DNA of 52,624 nucleotides, taken from assembly GCA_037481775.1 (NCBI GenBank), contig JBBFKZ010000012.1, positions 1 through 52,624 on the forward strand. Direction: 5' to 3'. Shown piece by piece: positions 35,397-44,794 of this stretch. Positions within the stretch are counted from its first letter, which is position 1. Each line of letters starts with the position of its first letter. The position numbers and the translations under genes were made by a program. Source of the DNA: Candidatus Bathyarchaeia archaeon. GTDB taxonomy: Archaea > Thermoproteota > Bathyarchaeia > Bathyarchaeales > Bathycorpusculaceae. The notes beneath the pieces are model-generated. The model had not been told where the DNA came from. It made no database searches and was given only the letters and a program-made list of their open reading frames with translations.

Positions 35397-37652
35397 TTGT
35401 CAACAGATTGTAGCCAGTATAAGGCAGTATTCATTGAGGAGGCAAGAGAACATATTGATACTCTAACGAAGTCACTGTTAAGCCTAGAAAAAGATCCGCA
35501 AAACACGGAACTTGTTAACATGCTTTTCAGGTCAGCTCACACTCTGAAAGGCTGCTCGGGCATGCTGGGGTATAAAGACATCCAAGAGCTGACGCATGCG
35601 ATGGAGGATGTATTTGATGATCTGCGGAAAGGTCGTAAACCTACAAGTAATCTAATCAGTGTGCTTCTTGAGTGCGCGGATGCTCTCTCTTGTAGGTTAG
35701 AGAATATACAAAATATGAATGAAGAAGAAATTGAGGTTTCAGTTTTACTTCAGAAACTTCAAGAAGCAACTGAGTTGACCGCGCTTGAAGAAGTAAAGGA
35801 AAAGAATAAAGTTTTACACATCGAAACCAAGAAGGAGGTTTTGCCTGCAGAGACTAAGGATGTAGTCATAGAACTCACTGAAACTGAAAAAGAAGCAGTA
35901 ATGAACGCTGAAATCTGCGGTGAACATTGTTATTTCATAGACTTGAAGTTTAGCAAAGACTGCGCTTTTAAAAGCGTCAGGTCAATCCTTGTTCTAAGTA
36001 AGATTTCGGAGATGGCTGAGATAATCAAGTCTCACCCCGACCAAAAAGAGCTTGAAGCATTTAAAGAGGATAAACTTGATGCTGGCTTCAAGATTGCGAT
36101 TATCAGCAGGTGCGGTGCTGAGGAAATCGAAAAATGTATTCGCCAAGTCTGTGAAATAGAAGACGTACATGTTGTGCACTATGATCCTGCCACGATGGAG
36201 AAAACGACGATTAAGCCAGAAGTTAAAATCGAGCCGACAAGCCAAGTCAAAGCTGAAAATGAATCTGAGGCTAAAGCGAAAGTGATGCCCGCTGGTGCAG
36301 TTTCAGCAGAAAGAGTGCGAGAAACGGCTAAGGTATCTTTGCTTGAGGCACCAAGAGAGATAGCGCCTCCTCCTATGGAAACTGCCGGCACAACCGTCGG
36401 AGCTAATATGCCTTCCTTAAAGCATCGCATTGAGGAACAAAGCAAGCAGATAACAGAAGCCACAAAACTGTTTGCTGAAGTCCGTGCTTCCCAGACTGTT
36501 CGTGTGAAATTTGAGCAGCTTGACAACATTATGAATTTGGTTGGCGAGCTTGTTATCAACAAGATTGCTTTGCTCCAATTAATCTCAGATAATAGAAACG
36601 GAGAGCTAAAACGCATCGCCGAGAACATTGACAGGCTAACCTCCGATCTTCACGATCTAGTAATGCAGGTGCGCATGGTTCCTGTCAGTCAAATTTTTGA
36701 TAGGTTCCCAAGGTTAGTGCGGGATCTTTCGATTAAACGGAACAAGCTAATTGACCTCGTGATGGAAGGAAGAGATATTGAAATCGACCGCACGGTATTG
36801 GATGAAATTGGCGAGCCACTTATCCATTTGCTGAGAAACAGTATTGATCATGGAATAGAAATGCCTGAAGAACGAAAGAAAGCAAATAAGAACCCTGTAG
36901 GAAAGATAAGGCTCTCGGCTCAGCGAAGCGGGGAGCACGTCATTATCGAAGTCGAAGACGACGGAGCGGGAATTGATCCTGAGAAAGTCAAGGAAGTTGC
37001 CATTAAACGGGGCTTCATAAGCAAGGAAGAAGCCGAAAAGATGAGTCGAAACGAATTAGTCAGCTTAATTTTCTTGCCCGGTTTCTCGACAAGCAAAGAA
37101 GTCACTGAAACAAGCGGCAGAGGCGTTGGAATGGATGTTGTGAAAACAAAAATTGCAGCTCTTGGCGGTACTGTTCAATTTGAAACACGGGTAGGTAAAG
37201 GAACAAAAATTACCTTGAAAGTGCCGCTTACATTAGCTATTATTAAGGCGATACTTGTAAGAGATTCCGGTCAGACGTTTACAATTCCCACAAGCCAAGT
37301 CTCAGAGATTATTCGTGCAAAGAAAAGCGACATAAAACTGCTGGGAAAAACGGACGCGATAGTTGTCAGAGGCAAAGTAATTCCGGTTGTTCACTTGCAT
37401 AATCTGCTTGGATATGAAGGCCCCAATGAGGACGAATTTGAACTTTTAATAACGCATCTTGGCGATGAAAAGACGAAACTCGGCTTAATAGTAGATTCAG
37501 TTATAAGCCAACAAGACATCCTTGTGAAGCCACTCAGCGAGACCTTAAAGGGAATAAAGGGAATCAGCGGCGCCACAATCTTAGGCGACGGGCAAGTGGT
37601 TCTTGTACTAGATGTTGGCCAGTTCGTCACCACTGTTCGAAAGAATGCTTGA
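35397..37652 (+). CDS. cheA: Chemotaxis histidine kinase CheA
   Basis: P1 FRSAHTLKG, P2, dimerisation LDNIMNLVGELVI, HLLRNSIDHGIE, EDDGAGID, GFST...SGRGVGMDVV, C-terminal CheW-like P5. Confidence 0.95.
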   Translation: MSTDCSQYKAVFIEEAREHIDTLTKSLLSLEKDPQNTELVNMLFRSAHTLKGCSGMLGYKDIQELTHAMEDVFDDLRKGRKPTSNLISVLLECADALSCRLENIQNMNEEEIEVSVLLQKLQEATELTALEEVKEKNKVLHIETKKEVLPAETKDVVIELTETEKEAVMNAEICGEHCYFIDLKFSKDCAFKSVRSILVLSKISEMAEIIKSHPDQKELEAFKEDKLDAGFKIAIISRCGAEEIEKCIRQVCEIEDVHVVHYDPATMEKTTIKPEVKIEPTSQVKAENESEAKAKVMPAGAVSAERVRETAKVSLLEAPREIAPPPMETAGTTVGANMPSLKHRIEEQSKQITEATKLFAEVRASQTVRVKFEQLDNIMNLVGELVINKIALLQLISDNRNGELKRIAENIDRLTSDLHDLVMQVRMVPVSQIFDRFPRLVRDLSIKRNKLIDLVMEGRDIEIDRTVLDEIGEPLIHLLRNSIDHGIEMPEERKKANKNPVGKIRLSAQRSGEHVIIEVEDDGAGIDPEKVKEVAIKRGFISKEEAEKMSRNELVSLIFLPGFSTSKEVTETSGRGVGMDVVKTKIAALGGTVQFETRVGKGTKITLKVPLTLAIIKAILVRDSGQTFTIPTSQVSEIIRAKKSDIKLLGKTDAIVVRGKVIPVVHLHNLLGYEGPNEDEFELLITHLGDEKTKLGLIVDSVISQQDILVKPLSETLKGIKGISGATILGDGQVVLVLDVGQFVTTVRKNA

Positions 37653-37786
37653 GCCTTAAAATTTCGTCTTAGGCCGACGCTTGCCCTATTATAAGTGGTT
37701 CAGTCGCGGTAAGAAATATTCCCGTAAGTGGAAAAGCGTTTAATTGTCTCCTTTCATTGCAGTTCAATAAAGGACGTTGACTGCAA

Positions 37787-38134
37787 TTGGGGGAGCGCAG
37801 CGAAGTTAAATCTGAAAATGCACGCAATGTCATCCTTAGTTATGGAGACACAATTTACTTTGTTAACAAAGTAAACGTTCAATTGCAAGAAGGCGTTGAT
37901 GTCCTTAAAGCAATTTTTCATGCACGAAGAGCCGCCGACGGGCAAATTCAAGATCTTGAAATTGAAATCAACAAGGATACCTACAAAATGCTAGTTGAAT
38001 ACGCCAAGCTTGACAGCTGCGATTTGATACTGGTGCTTCGCATTGAAGGTAACGAATCCAAATGGTGCCTAATGAGTGAAAACTGGCTGAAAAGGCAAAG
38101 CGGCAAAAAAAGCAACGTATTCTACATAGTTTAG
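37787..38134 (+). CDS. Hypothetical protein downstream of cheA
   Basis: 115 aa ORF with protein-like composition; no family recognised. Confidence 0.55.
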   Translation: MGERSEVKSENARNVILSYGDTIYFVNKVNVQLQEGVDVLKAIFHARRAADGQIQDLEIEINKDTYKMLVEYAKLDSCDLILVLRIEGNESKWCLMSENWLKRQSGKKSNVFYIV

Positions 38135-38185
38135 TTCAGATAAATTCTTTCTCGCCTCATAAGCCAGCCGAAGAATTAAGCAGCC

Positions 38186-38249
38186 TATTTGGCGCCTATT
38201 AGCAATCCATTGCAGAAACCAGTAGAGGGGGCTACCTAGCGCCAAAGGC
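38186..38249. repeat. Dispersed ~60-bp intergenic repeat, copy 1
   Basis: TATTTGGCGCCTATTAGCAATCCATTGCAGAAACCAGTAGAGGGGGCTACCTAGCGCCAAAGGC. Ends pair (TTTGGCGC/GCGCCAAA). Near-identical to 42998-43058. Confidence 0.75.
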
Positions 38250-38260
38250 TACGAGGCTAT

Positions 38261-39004
38261 GTGAAGTTTGATGTAGGGCGCGTTGTCTTTGAGAGCCGCG
38301 ACTGCACCGTGGCAATAGCTTTAAAAAAAATTCTGTCTATTACAAACCTGATAAGTTTGAACAAAACTAATTTGCTAATACTGGTTTGCGTTGCTGTTTC
38401 GTTGCTTTGCTGGCTTGCGGAAAACCCAGATTCCATCATGGAGTATTTGGCTTTTAGCGGAGAAAACATGCTGAAGGGCAAAGCGTGGACTTTGGTGACT
38501 GCGCTTTTTCTCCACGCTGATTTAGCGCATTTACTTGGCAACATGTTGTTCCTCTTTGTTTTCGGCAACACGCTGGAAAAGGAAATAGGCACTGGAAAAA
38601 CGCTGTCCGCCTTCTTCATAGGCGGCGTACTATCTTTTCTTTTAGGCGTCTTCTTTTATCCGCCTCAGACCTTCCTAATCGGCGCTTCAGCAGCCATCTT
38701 CACGCTAGCGGCCGTCGCCATGCTTGTTAAACCGCTAAAGTTCTCCTTTTTCTTCCTCATGCCCGTCGGCCTCGTAGCATTCATCTATTTCCTTTACAAC
38801 GTGTTCGCAGTATACTACGGCGCAGAAGGCAACATCGCTTATATCTCACACGTCATCGGCTTCCTCATTGGCGTGCCCTTCGGTGCAGCATGGGGCAAAA
38901 ACGTTCTACGCAACCTGCTAATAACCATCATACTATTCATCGTCTACCTCATAATAGCATATGTGCTGATTCCGCAGCTTCTGCAGACAATAGGTCTCTA
39001 CTAA
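38261..39004 (+). CDS. Rhomboid family intramembrane serine protease
   Basis: WTLVTALFLHADLAHLLGNML, IGASAAIF (catalytic Ser), SHVIG (catalytic His). True start probably downstream of 38261. Confidence 0.88.
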   Translation: MKFDVGRVVFESRDCTVAIALKKILSITNLISLNKTNLLILVCVAVSLLCWLAENPDSIMEYLAFSGENMLKGKAWTLVTALFLHADLAHLLGNMLFLFVFGNTLEKEIGTGKTLSAFFIGGVLSFLLGVFFYPPQTFLIGASAAIFTLAAVAMLVKPLKFSFFFLMPVGLVAFIYFLYNVFAVYYGAEGNIAYISHVIGFLIGVPFGAAWGKNVLRNLLITIILFIVYLIIAYVLIPQLLQTIGLY

Positions 39005-39022
39005 AGCGCCTGAAAAGCAGGT

Positions 39023-39205
39023 TTAGCTCAGCTTCTTCGCTTCAAAAGCAAGAACCTTATGGCAATTCATGCAGCGGACGAGGACTATTTCGAAGCCGTT
39101 TAAAATGTCGAAGCGCGTCTGCGTATAGCTCCGCTGCTTTGCATGATCACAAGTAGCTTGAGCAACAGAGATAAGCCTGTCCTCGCGCATTCTCCTTTCC
39201 CGCAC
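39023..39205 (-). CDS. Small putative zinc-binding protein
   Basis: CDH...CMNCHK pattern in a 60-aa ORF filling the gap. Confidence 0.5.
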   Translation of the reverse strand: MRERRMREDRLISVAQATCDHAKQRSYTQTRFDILNGFEIVLVRCMNCHKVLAFEAKKLS

Positions 39206-39341
39206 TAACCTTTAGTGAAGCATTCATTAATAACAATTGTGAAACAAACGTCTACTCTGCAGCTTCGCTGTTTTAAGAATCGCGAAGCGCCAAAAAAGCT
39301 GAATCAACCTAATCCATGATAAAAGCGAAACACAGACGTTA

Positions 39342-40001
39342 TCACTGGAAAACGAAACCAAGAATCCTGTTGCTCTCTTTCAAAGAGCCAACAATTAAGT
39401 CGGGCTTCTCTTTCTCAAGCGCCTCCCGTGAGTAAACACCTGTAGTGACCGCGATGCACGCCATCCCAGACGCCTTCGCCGCCTTCACACCAAAAATGGA
39501 ATCCTCAAAAACCACGCATCTTTCAGAGCTAACACCAAGCTTCGAGGCGCATTTCAGAAAAATTTCCGGATCAGGCTTTGACCTAGTGATGTCAGCGGCT
39601 GTAAGCACTACCTCAAAAAAGCCTTGTGTGCCGGTTGTCTTAAGCATGTGTGCTATGACTTTACGGTCATTCATGGACGCCAAACCCAATTTAACCCTGC
39701 CTTGCAACTGCTCCAGCAGCGCTATCGCGCCGTCAAATAGGCGCACATCTGCGCTTAAGTCAATTTCATTCTGTATCTTTTTCATAACGAGCTGTTTAAT
39801 CAGTTCCTCATCGAAACTCCGTTTGGTGAAGCGCAGTATTTCCCGGAAAGTTTCCGCTGAACCTATGCCGATACGCTTTTCAATAAAGTCATCGTCTATT
39901 TCACAGTGAATATCCCTTAGCGCCTTCTGGAAAGAAGCCACAACCACACGCCTAGTGTCAGCTAACGTCCCGTCCCAATCAAATATGGCGGCTTCGAACA
40001 T
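39342..40001 (-). CDS. HAD-superfamily phosphatase (beta-PGM-like)
   Basis: FDWDGTL, LAS, KPDPEIF, VFEDS. Confidence 0.9.
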   Translation of the reverse strand: MFEAAIFDWDGTLADTRRVVVASFQKALRDIHCEIDDDFIEKRIGIGSAETFREILRFTKRSFDEELIKQLVMKKIQNEIDLSADVRLFDGAIALLEQLQGRVKLGLASMNDRKVIAHMLKTTGTQGFFEVVLTAADITRSKPDPEIFLKCASKLGVSSERCVVFEDSIFGVKAAKASGMACIAVTTGVYSREALEKEKPDLIVGSLKESNRILGFVFQ

Positions 40002-40033
40002 AGCGCCCTCGAACCCTGTCTGCGCCAGCGATG

Positions 40034-40843
40034 CTACTGCGGCATGCCCAGCATCTCTCGGATGCGCTGGCTTTTCTTGGCGGCTTCCTCAACTGCCCGC
40101 ATAAGCGACTGCCGAATTGAGCTGCCCTCAAGCTGGTATATTGCTTCGATTGTAGTGCCGTTAGGGGTTGTAACCATGTCTTTTATACGGGCAGGGTGCT
40201 CCTGCAGCTCTAAGACGAGTTTTCCTGTGCCTAAAACCGCTTGCGCCGCGCCGTACAGCGCTACGTTCCGCGGCAAACCAACCTTTAACCCCGCGTACAT
40301 CAAGGCTTCAATGATTATCGACAGGTAGCCTGGTCCGCTGCCCGTCAAAGCCGTTATGGCATCCATGTATTTCTCGTCGATTTCCTCGCATATACCCATC
40401 ATGTCTAAAAGCGCTTTGACTTTCTTCTTGTCCTCTCGCGTGACGTTTTCGCCGCAGCAATACGCCGTGTAAGACGCTTGAACCATAACAGCAATGTTAG
40501 GCATTATTCTGACAAACTTGGCGTTGGGTACCGTCTGCTTGTAAAATTTTAAGGGCACTGTTGCAGCAGTGGAAATTACAAGTTTACCCTCGATTTCGTT
40601 GCTTATCTCTCGCAGCACCTTTTCCACATCGCCTGGTTTGACGCAGACGAACACGATGTCCGCTTCAGCAGCAGCCTTCCGGTTATCCTTCAGTGCAGAA
40701 ACGCCTAACTCCTCCATCGCCCGAAGTCTTTCAGGCTGAAAATCAGTGGCTAAAATCTTACCTGCATACCCACTTTTCAACAGGCTTTTCACGATGGCGC
40801 CACCGATCATGCCGGCGCCTATCACCGCAATTTTATCTGCCAT
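40034..40843 (-). CDS. proC: Pyrroline-5-carboxylate reductase
   Basis: IGAGMIG, VKP, RIMPN, DAITALTGSGPGY, VTTPNGTT. Confidence 0.93.
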   Translation of the reverse strand: MADKIAVIGAGMIGGAIVKSLLKSGYAGKILATDFQPERLRAMEELGVSALKDNRKAAAEADIVFVCVKPGDVEKVLREISNEIEGKLVISTAATVPLKFYKQTVPNAKFVRIMPNIAVMVQASYTAYCCGENVTREDKKKVKALLDMMGICEEIDEKYMDAITALTGSGPGYLSIIIEALMYAGLKVGLPRNVALYGAAQAVLGTGKLVLELQEHPARIKDMVTTPNGTTIEAIYQLEGSSIRQSLMRAVEEAAKKSQRIREMLGMPQ

Positions 40844-41101
40844 ACACGTTTCACTCTTTTTCCTTTTAACTACTAGCTCTTTGCTCTTAAACCTTTATTA
40901 AACCACCAATTTAAATTGATGATGGGTTCTGCAGAACTTGAGTACACAGGATCTTGTAGTCCCAAAAATCATTTAACGGCAGAACTGATTACCCTAACCC
41001 CTTTGCTGCGTCTACAAATTTTTAATGTTATTTTGTTTTTCAAACAAATTGATAAAAAAGAATTAATAATTGCCAAAAGGTTCTCGGCCTTCTATGCGAA
41101 A

Positions 41102-42316
41102 TTAAACAATTGCAATTTCCCTAACAAGCCGTTGCATGGCAAATGCTGAAGCATCTGTCCGTATTCCTCTCGAATTGAAGTGTGTTGAGAAAGCTTGAAA
41201 ACCGTTTTCTCGCAGAACCTGTAACACGGCGTTAACAGCGGGCACCGGCAGGGCTAGTTTGTCGCTGATTTTGTCGAGAACGTAATATGTAGCTGGCGCT
41301 TCAGCCTCCTCCTTTGCGAGGGATAGCAGCTTGGCGATTCTGCCGCTGTTTCTCAGCGTCCTATGCATGTTTTCTTTAGCCATTAACTCGCAGAATTCCT
41401 TGTCAAGGATTTTTTCCAGCCAAAGCGGCCCTGCATAATCCATTTTGGAGCCGCACTCTGGGCACGCAATTTCTTTAGCGAAAAGCGACTTTGCGTTTTC
41501 TCTATGCAAGCAGTTAAAACAATGGAGAATGTAACCAAGACTTTTAACTGCTACATCAGCCTTTTGCGCGCCGTAGGCTATCTGCACGTAAACACGGATG
41601 TAATGATCTGTGGAATGGCTGAAGATAACGCGGATGCCAATGTCATGCTTCGCCGCCACGGCAGCTAAGCAACCGACCAGCAGGCGAACCGCAAGCTCAT
41701 GGCAATACTCAGAACGCATAGGTTTACCGCCATATTTCCTTATGCAAGCCCTTGGATGGACGCCGCAGAGAGGCGCCAAGTCTGTTGCCGTAACTGCCAA
41801 AAGCCCGTTATCGCGCAGCGCGCGGATTGCCGAATCCAAATAGGGCACAGGTGACCCGAAAGGATCCACATCCACGGCATCAAATCTTCTATGAGGCGCG
41901 GCATGCTCGCTGAGCAGGCAGTTTGCATCCTTATGCTGCACTGTAACGCGATCCTGAAGCCCATTTAAACGTGCATTGCAGCGCGCAAGTTCAACAGCCC
42001 TCTCGGAAATATCGCCAATTAAAACGCTTCTGACTCCATGAATCTCGGCGGCGAAGCGGATGCCGCGGATTCCCGAGCTTGCCAAGGGCTCACACAGGGC
42101 AATTTCTCTGTTAATTATTCGTTGATACGCTTGAAAGGCTAAAACAGCGATGTCACGGTTCAACTCCATAACTGGGTTGTAGAACACAGGAGCCTTGGAT
42201 GGCGCGTAATCAGAAGGTTGCGTAACGAAGGCGCTGAGCTTCGGAACCGCGACTTTCACCTTGCCCTCCTGCACTATTTCAGTCGGAAAGTCTGCTCTGA
42301 ACACGTCTGCCGCCAT
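41102..42316 (-). CDS. trm1: tRNA (guanine26-N2)-dimethyltransferase Trm1
   Basis: VFYNPVMELNRD, LASSGIRGIR, DVDPFGSP, TATDLAPLCG, CFNC...CPECG, AGPLW, STHF...IRTDA. Confidence 0.93.
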   Translation of the reverse strand: MAADVFRADFPTEIVQEGKVKVAVPKLSAFVTQPSDYAPSKAPVFYNPVMELNRDIAVLAFQAYQRIINREIALCEPLASSGIRGIRFAAEIHGVRSVLIGDISERAVELARCNARLNGLQDRVTVQHKDANCLLSEHAAPHRRFDAVDVDPFGSPVPYLDSAIRALRDNGLLAVTATDLAPLCGVHPRACIRKYGGKPMRSEYCHELAVRLLVGCLAAVAAKHDIGIRVIFSHSTDHYIRVYVQIAYGAQKADVAVKSLGYILHCFNCLHRENAKSLFAKEIACPECGSKMDYAGPLWLEKILDKEFCELMAKENMHRTLRNSGRIAKLLSLAKEEAEAPATYYVLDKISDKLALPVPAVNAVLQVLRENGFQAFSTHFNSRGIRTDASAFAMQRLVREIAIV

Positions 42317-42397
42317 ACACCTATACCTCACGCTGATAAAGAAGGGAAGAAATTTATGCGCATATTAGACTTCTGGTTACTACAGAGGCCAAAGGCA

Positions 42398-42952
42398 TTG
42401 CTGAAGCGGATACAGCTTTTAACTGGAAACCCAGGTATAGGAAAAACCACAGTTCTAACAAAGACTGTGAACATTCTAAAAGAAAACGGCGTATGCGTAG
42501 GAGGTATGATAAGCCGCGAAATCCGCGAAAAAGGCATACGCGTCGGCTTCGAACTTTTAGACTTAGCAAACACACGCCGAGGCTGGCTGGCCCACATCAA
42601 CCAGAAAAGAGGCCCGCAAGTGGGCAAATACCGCGTAAATCTATCAGACCTAGACGCTATCGGCGCCGTAGCCATAGAGCACGCAGCAGAAAAATGCATT
42701 GTTATCGTTATAGACGAAATCGGACCAATGGAGTTATTCTCAGAAAAATTCAAGCAAGCAGTGCAAAAAGCGCTGGAAAGCCAAAAGCCAGTTATTGCAA
42801 CAATACACTGGAAAGCCACCGATAAACTCATCAGCGTAGCTAAAAACCGCGAAGACGCAGAAATTATTACAGTCGCACAAGAAAATAGAGACAAAATGCC
42901 AGAAACAATAGCTCATAAAATACTTAACATTCTAAAAACCGAAAAAGAATAA
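42398..42952 (+). CDS. Nucleoside triphosphatase (NTPase_1/THEP1 family)
   Basis: LTGNPGIGKTT, GGMISREIRE.G.RVGF, VGKYRV, IVIDEIGPMEL. TTG 42398 preferred because the track start overlaps trm1. Confidence 0.9.
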   Translation: MLKRIQLLTGNPGIGKTTVLTKTVNILKENGVCVGGMISREIREKGIRVGFELLDLANTRRGWLAHINQKRGPQVGKYRVNLSDLDAIGAVAIEHAAEKCIVIVIDEIGPMELFSEKFKQAVQKALESQKPVIATIHWKATDKLISVAKNREDAEIITVAQENRDKMPETIAHKILNILKTEKE

Positions 42953-42997
42953 CGAAACACCAATAATTTCCCATAGAAGTAGCAGGTAACCCCGTCA

Positions 42998-43058
42998 TAT
43001 TTGGCGCATATTAGCCATTCAATGCAGAAACCTATAGAGGGGCTATCAGCGGCAGGGC
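42998..43058. repeat. Dispersed ~60-bp intergenic repeat, copy 2
   Basis: TATTTGGCGCATATTAGCCATTCAATGCAGAAACCTATAGAGGGGCTATCAGCGGCAGGGC. Confidence 0.75.
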
Positions 43059-43155
43059 ACTGCGCGCCTTCCAATTCATTAAGTTCACCAGAAACCTTGA
43101 AGCTTTTTCAAGTTGGCTTCAATATGCGCAAAAACAGCCTCACACGCTACTTACA

Positions 43156-44517
43156 TTAGGGTTCTATATGCACGGTGACTACGGTGTTGCTGAATCGCTC
43201 TTTTATTGCATGCTCTATTTGCGACGCAATGTCATGCGCCTTTTTTAATGCAACCTTTTTTGTGAAGCAGCAATCCAAATTAACATAAAGTTTACCTTCA
43301 GCCCCATAAGTGGTTATGCGTTTAACATAAAACTCTTCATCCAATTGCTTAGCCAATTTTTGAATTATATCCCACAATTCCTTTTCGTTTATTTCGTGCA
43401 CATGCGCCTCCGCGCCGTAAGGCTCCACATGCACGGACACGTGTGCAAGCCGCTTTATTCCTACGCGTATATTGTCCTCAATTTTATCTGCAATGGCATG
43501 CGCTTCCTCAACTGACAAGCGCGGGTCAACATAAGCGTGTAATGTGACATAAAGCTTGCCACCCGCATACACAGCGGCTACATCATGAACTTCTCTCACT
43601 TCATCCACCATTGCCAACTGCTCTATGAGCTGCTTCATGCCAGTTTCTTCCTCAGAAGGCTCAATGTGGACTGTTATGGCAACGTTCCCAAGCTGCTTTT
43701 GCAGGCTCGCCTCAATTTCAGAAGCTAAAGTATGCGCTCTGTCAAGACTCAACAAGCTTGAAACTTGAAGTGCGCATTCAGCAAAAATTTTTGCGCCTAC
43801 CTTCCGCACTTTGAGGTCACGACAGCCGCGAACACCTTCATGGGCTAAAATTTCTCTCTTTATCTGCTGAACCAGCCCTTTCGATGTTGCGTCGCTTAAC
43901 TCTCTTATGCTGTTCCCTGCAAGTTTAACGCTCATGTAACTGAGTAATGCTCCCAGTACCATCGACGAGACTGAATCGCCCTGATTAAATCCAACCATCG
44001 CCAAACCAAAACCTAGAAAAGCAATCAACGTTGAGCTCAAATCAGCCAAGGCATGGTAAAATCCCGCTTTAACCGTGTTGCTTTCAATGTCAACAGCCTT
44101 CCTAAAAATAACCATTCGCAAAACGTCTATAACAAAAGTGTAGCCTATAGCAAAGAACCCCGCAAACCCCAAGCCAGTGTTTACGCCTCCACCATGAACC
44201 AGTTTCATAACGGCCTCATAAATCACGAAGGCACTAACACCTACAAGCACAATGCTGCCCAACAAACCGCCTATAGACTCAAACTTTTCATGGCCATAAG
44301 TGTGCTCTTCATCCGGAGGCTTAAGCGCTTCTCTAGTTGCCACAAAAAGCATAACACTTGCTATAACGTCAAGAGACGCGTGTAACCCATCGCTGAGAAT
44401 GGCCAAACTATTCACGAATAAGCCCAAAATAACTTCTACAACCACCACACTTGCGATTGCAATAGCAGAAAATTTAAGCGCCCTAAGCTTGTAAGCGTCT
44501 TCTGAAGGGGTTAACAT
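43156..44517 (-). CDS. Cation diffusion facilitator transporter with three C-terminal ZT-dimer-like domains
   Basis: SLAILSDGLHASLD, PPDEEHTYGHEKFE, HALAD. Three repeats ending AH..A..IE...V.VH(I/V)EP. Confidence 0.9.
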   Translation of the reverse strand: MLTPSEDAYKLRALKFSAIAIASVVVVEVILGLFVNSLAILSDGLHASLDVIASVMLFVATREALKPPDEEHTYGHEKFESIGGLLGSIVLVGVSAFVIYEAVMKLVHGGGVNTGLGFAGFFAIGYTFVIDVLRMVIFRKAVDIESNTVKAGFYHALADLSSTLIAFLGFGLAMVGFNQGDSVSSMVLGALLSYMSVKLAGNSIRELSDATSKGLVQQIKREILAHEGVRGCRDLKVRKVGAKIFAECALQVSSLLSLDRAHTLASEIEASLQKQLGNVAITVHIEPSEEETGMKQLIEQLAMVDEVREVHDVAAVYAGGKLYVTLHAYVDPRLSVEEAHAIADKIEDNIRVGIKRLAHVSVHVEPYGAEAHVHEINEKELWDIIQKLAKQLDEEFYVKRITTYGAEGKLYVNLDCCFTKKVALKKAHDIASQIEHAIKERFSNTVVTVHIEP

Positions 44518-44794
44518 TAACCGTCAGACTATAAGCTCACAGCAAGGCCCGATTTAAAAATTACGCAGCAACAATTTGACTATAAGCTTTCAAAAATTTC
44601 GGGTCTCAAATCAACTACTTACTATATGCCACAGAACAATCAAATAACACAGACATGCTAACCAATTTTTGTTAAACATGCAAGAAATATCCTTCTGAAA
44701 ATACTGTAACTATTCTTTAGGTAAAATTTTTAAACAACCGAAAATAAAACAGGTAACCGCGATGCAAATCGCAGAAAATAAAGGAGAAGAGAAG

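Noticed and set aside
37787-38134. CheF or CheW assignment for the gene after cheA
   Set aside because: Too short for CheF, and lacks CheW motifs (G..NLRG...P).
44681-44701. Third copy of the TrmB-linked 24-bp box upstream of the second propeller gene
   Set aside because: Only CTTCTGA matches, which is too short to support.
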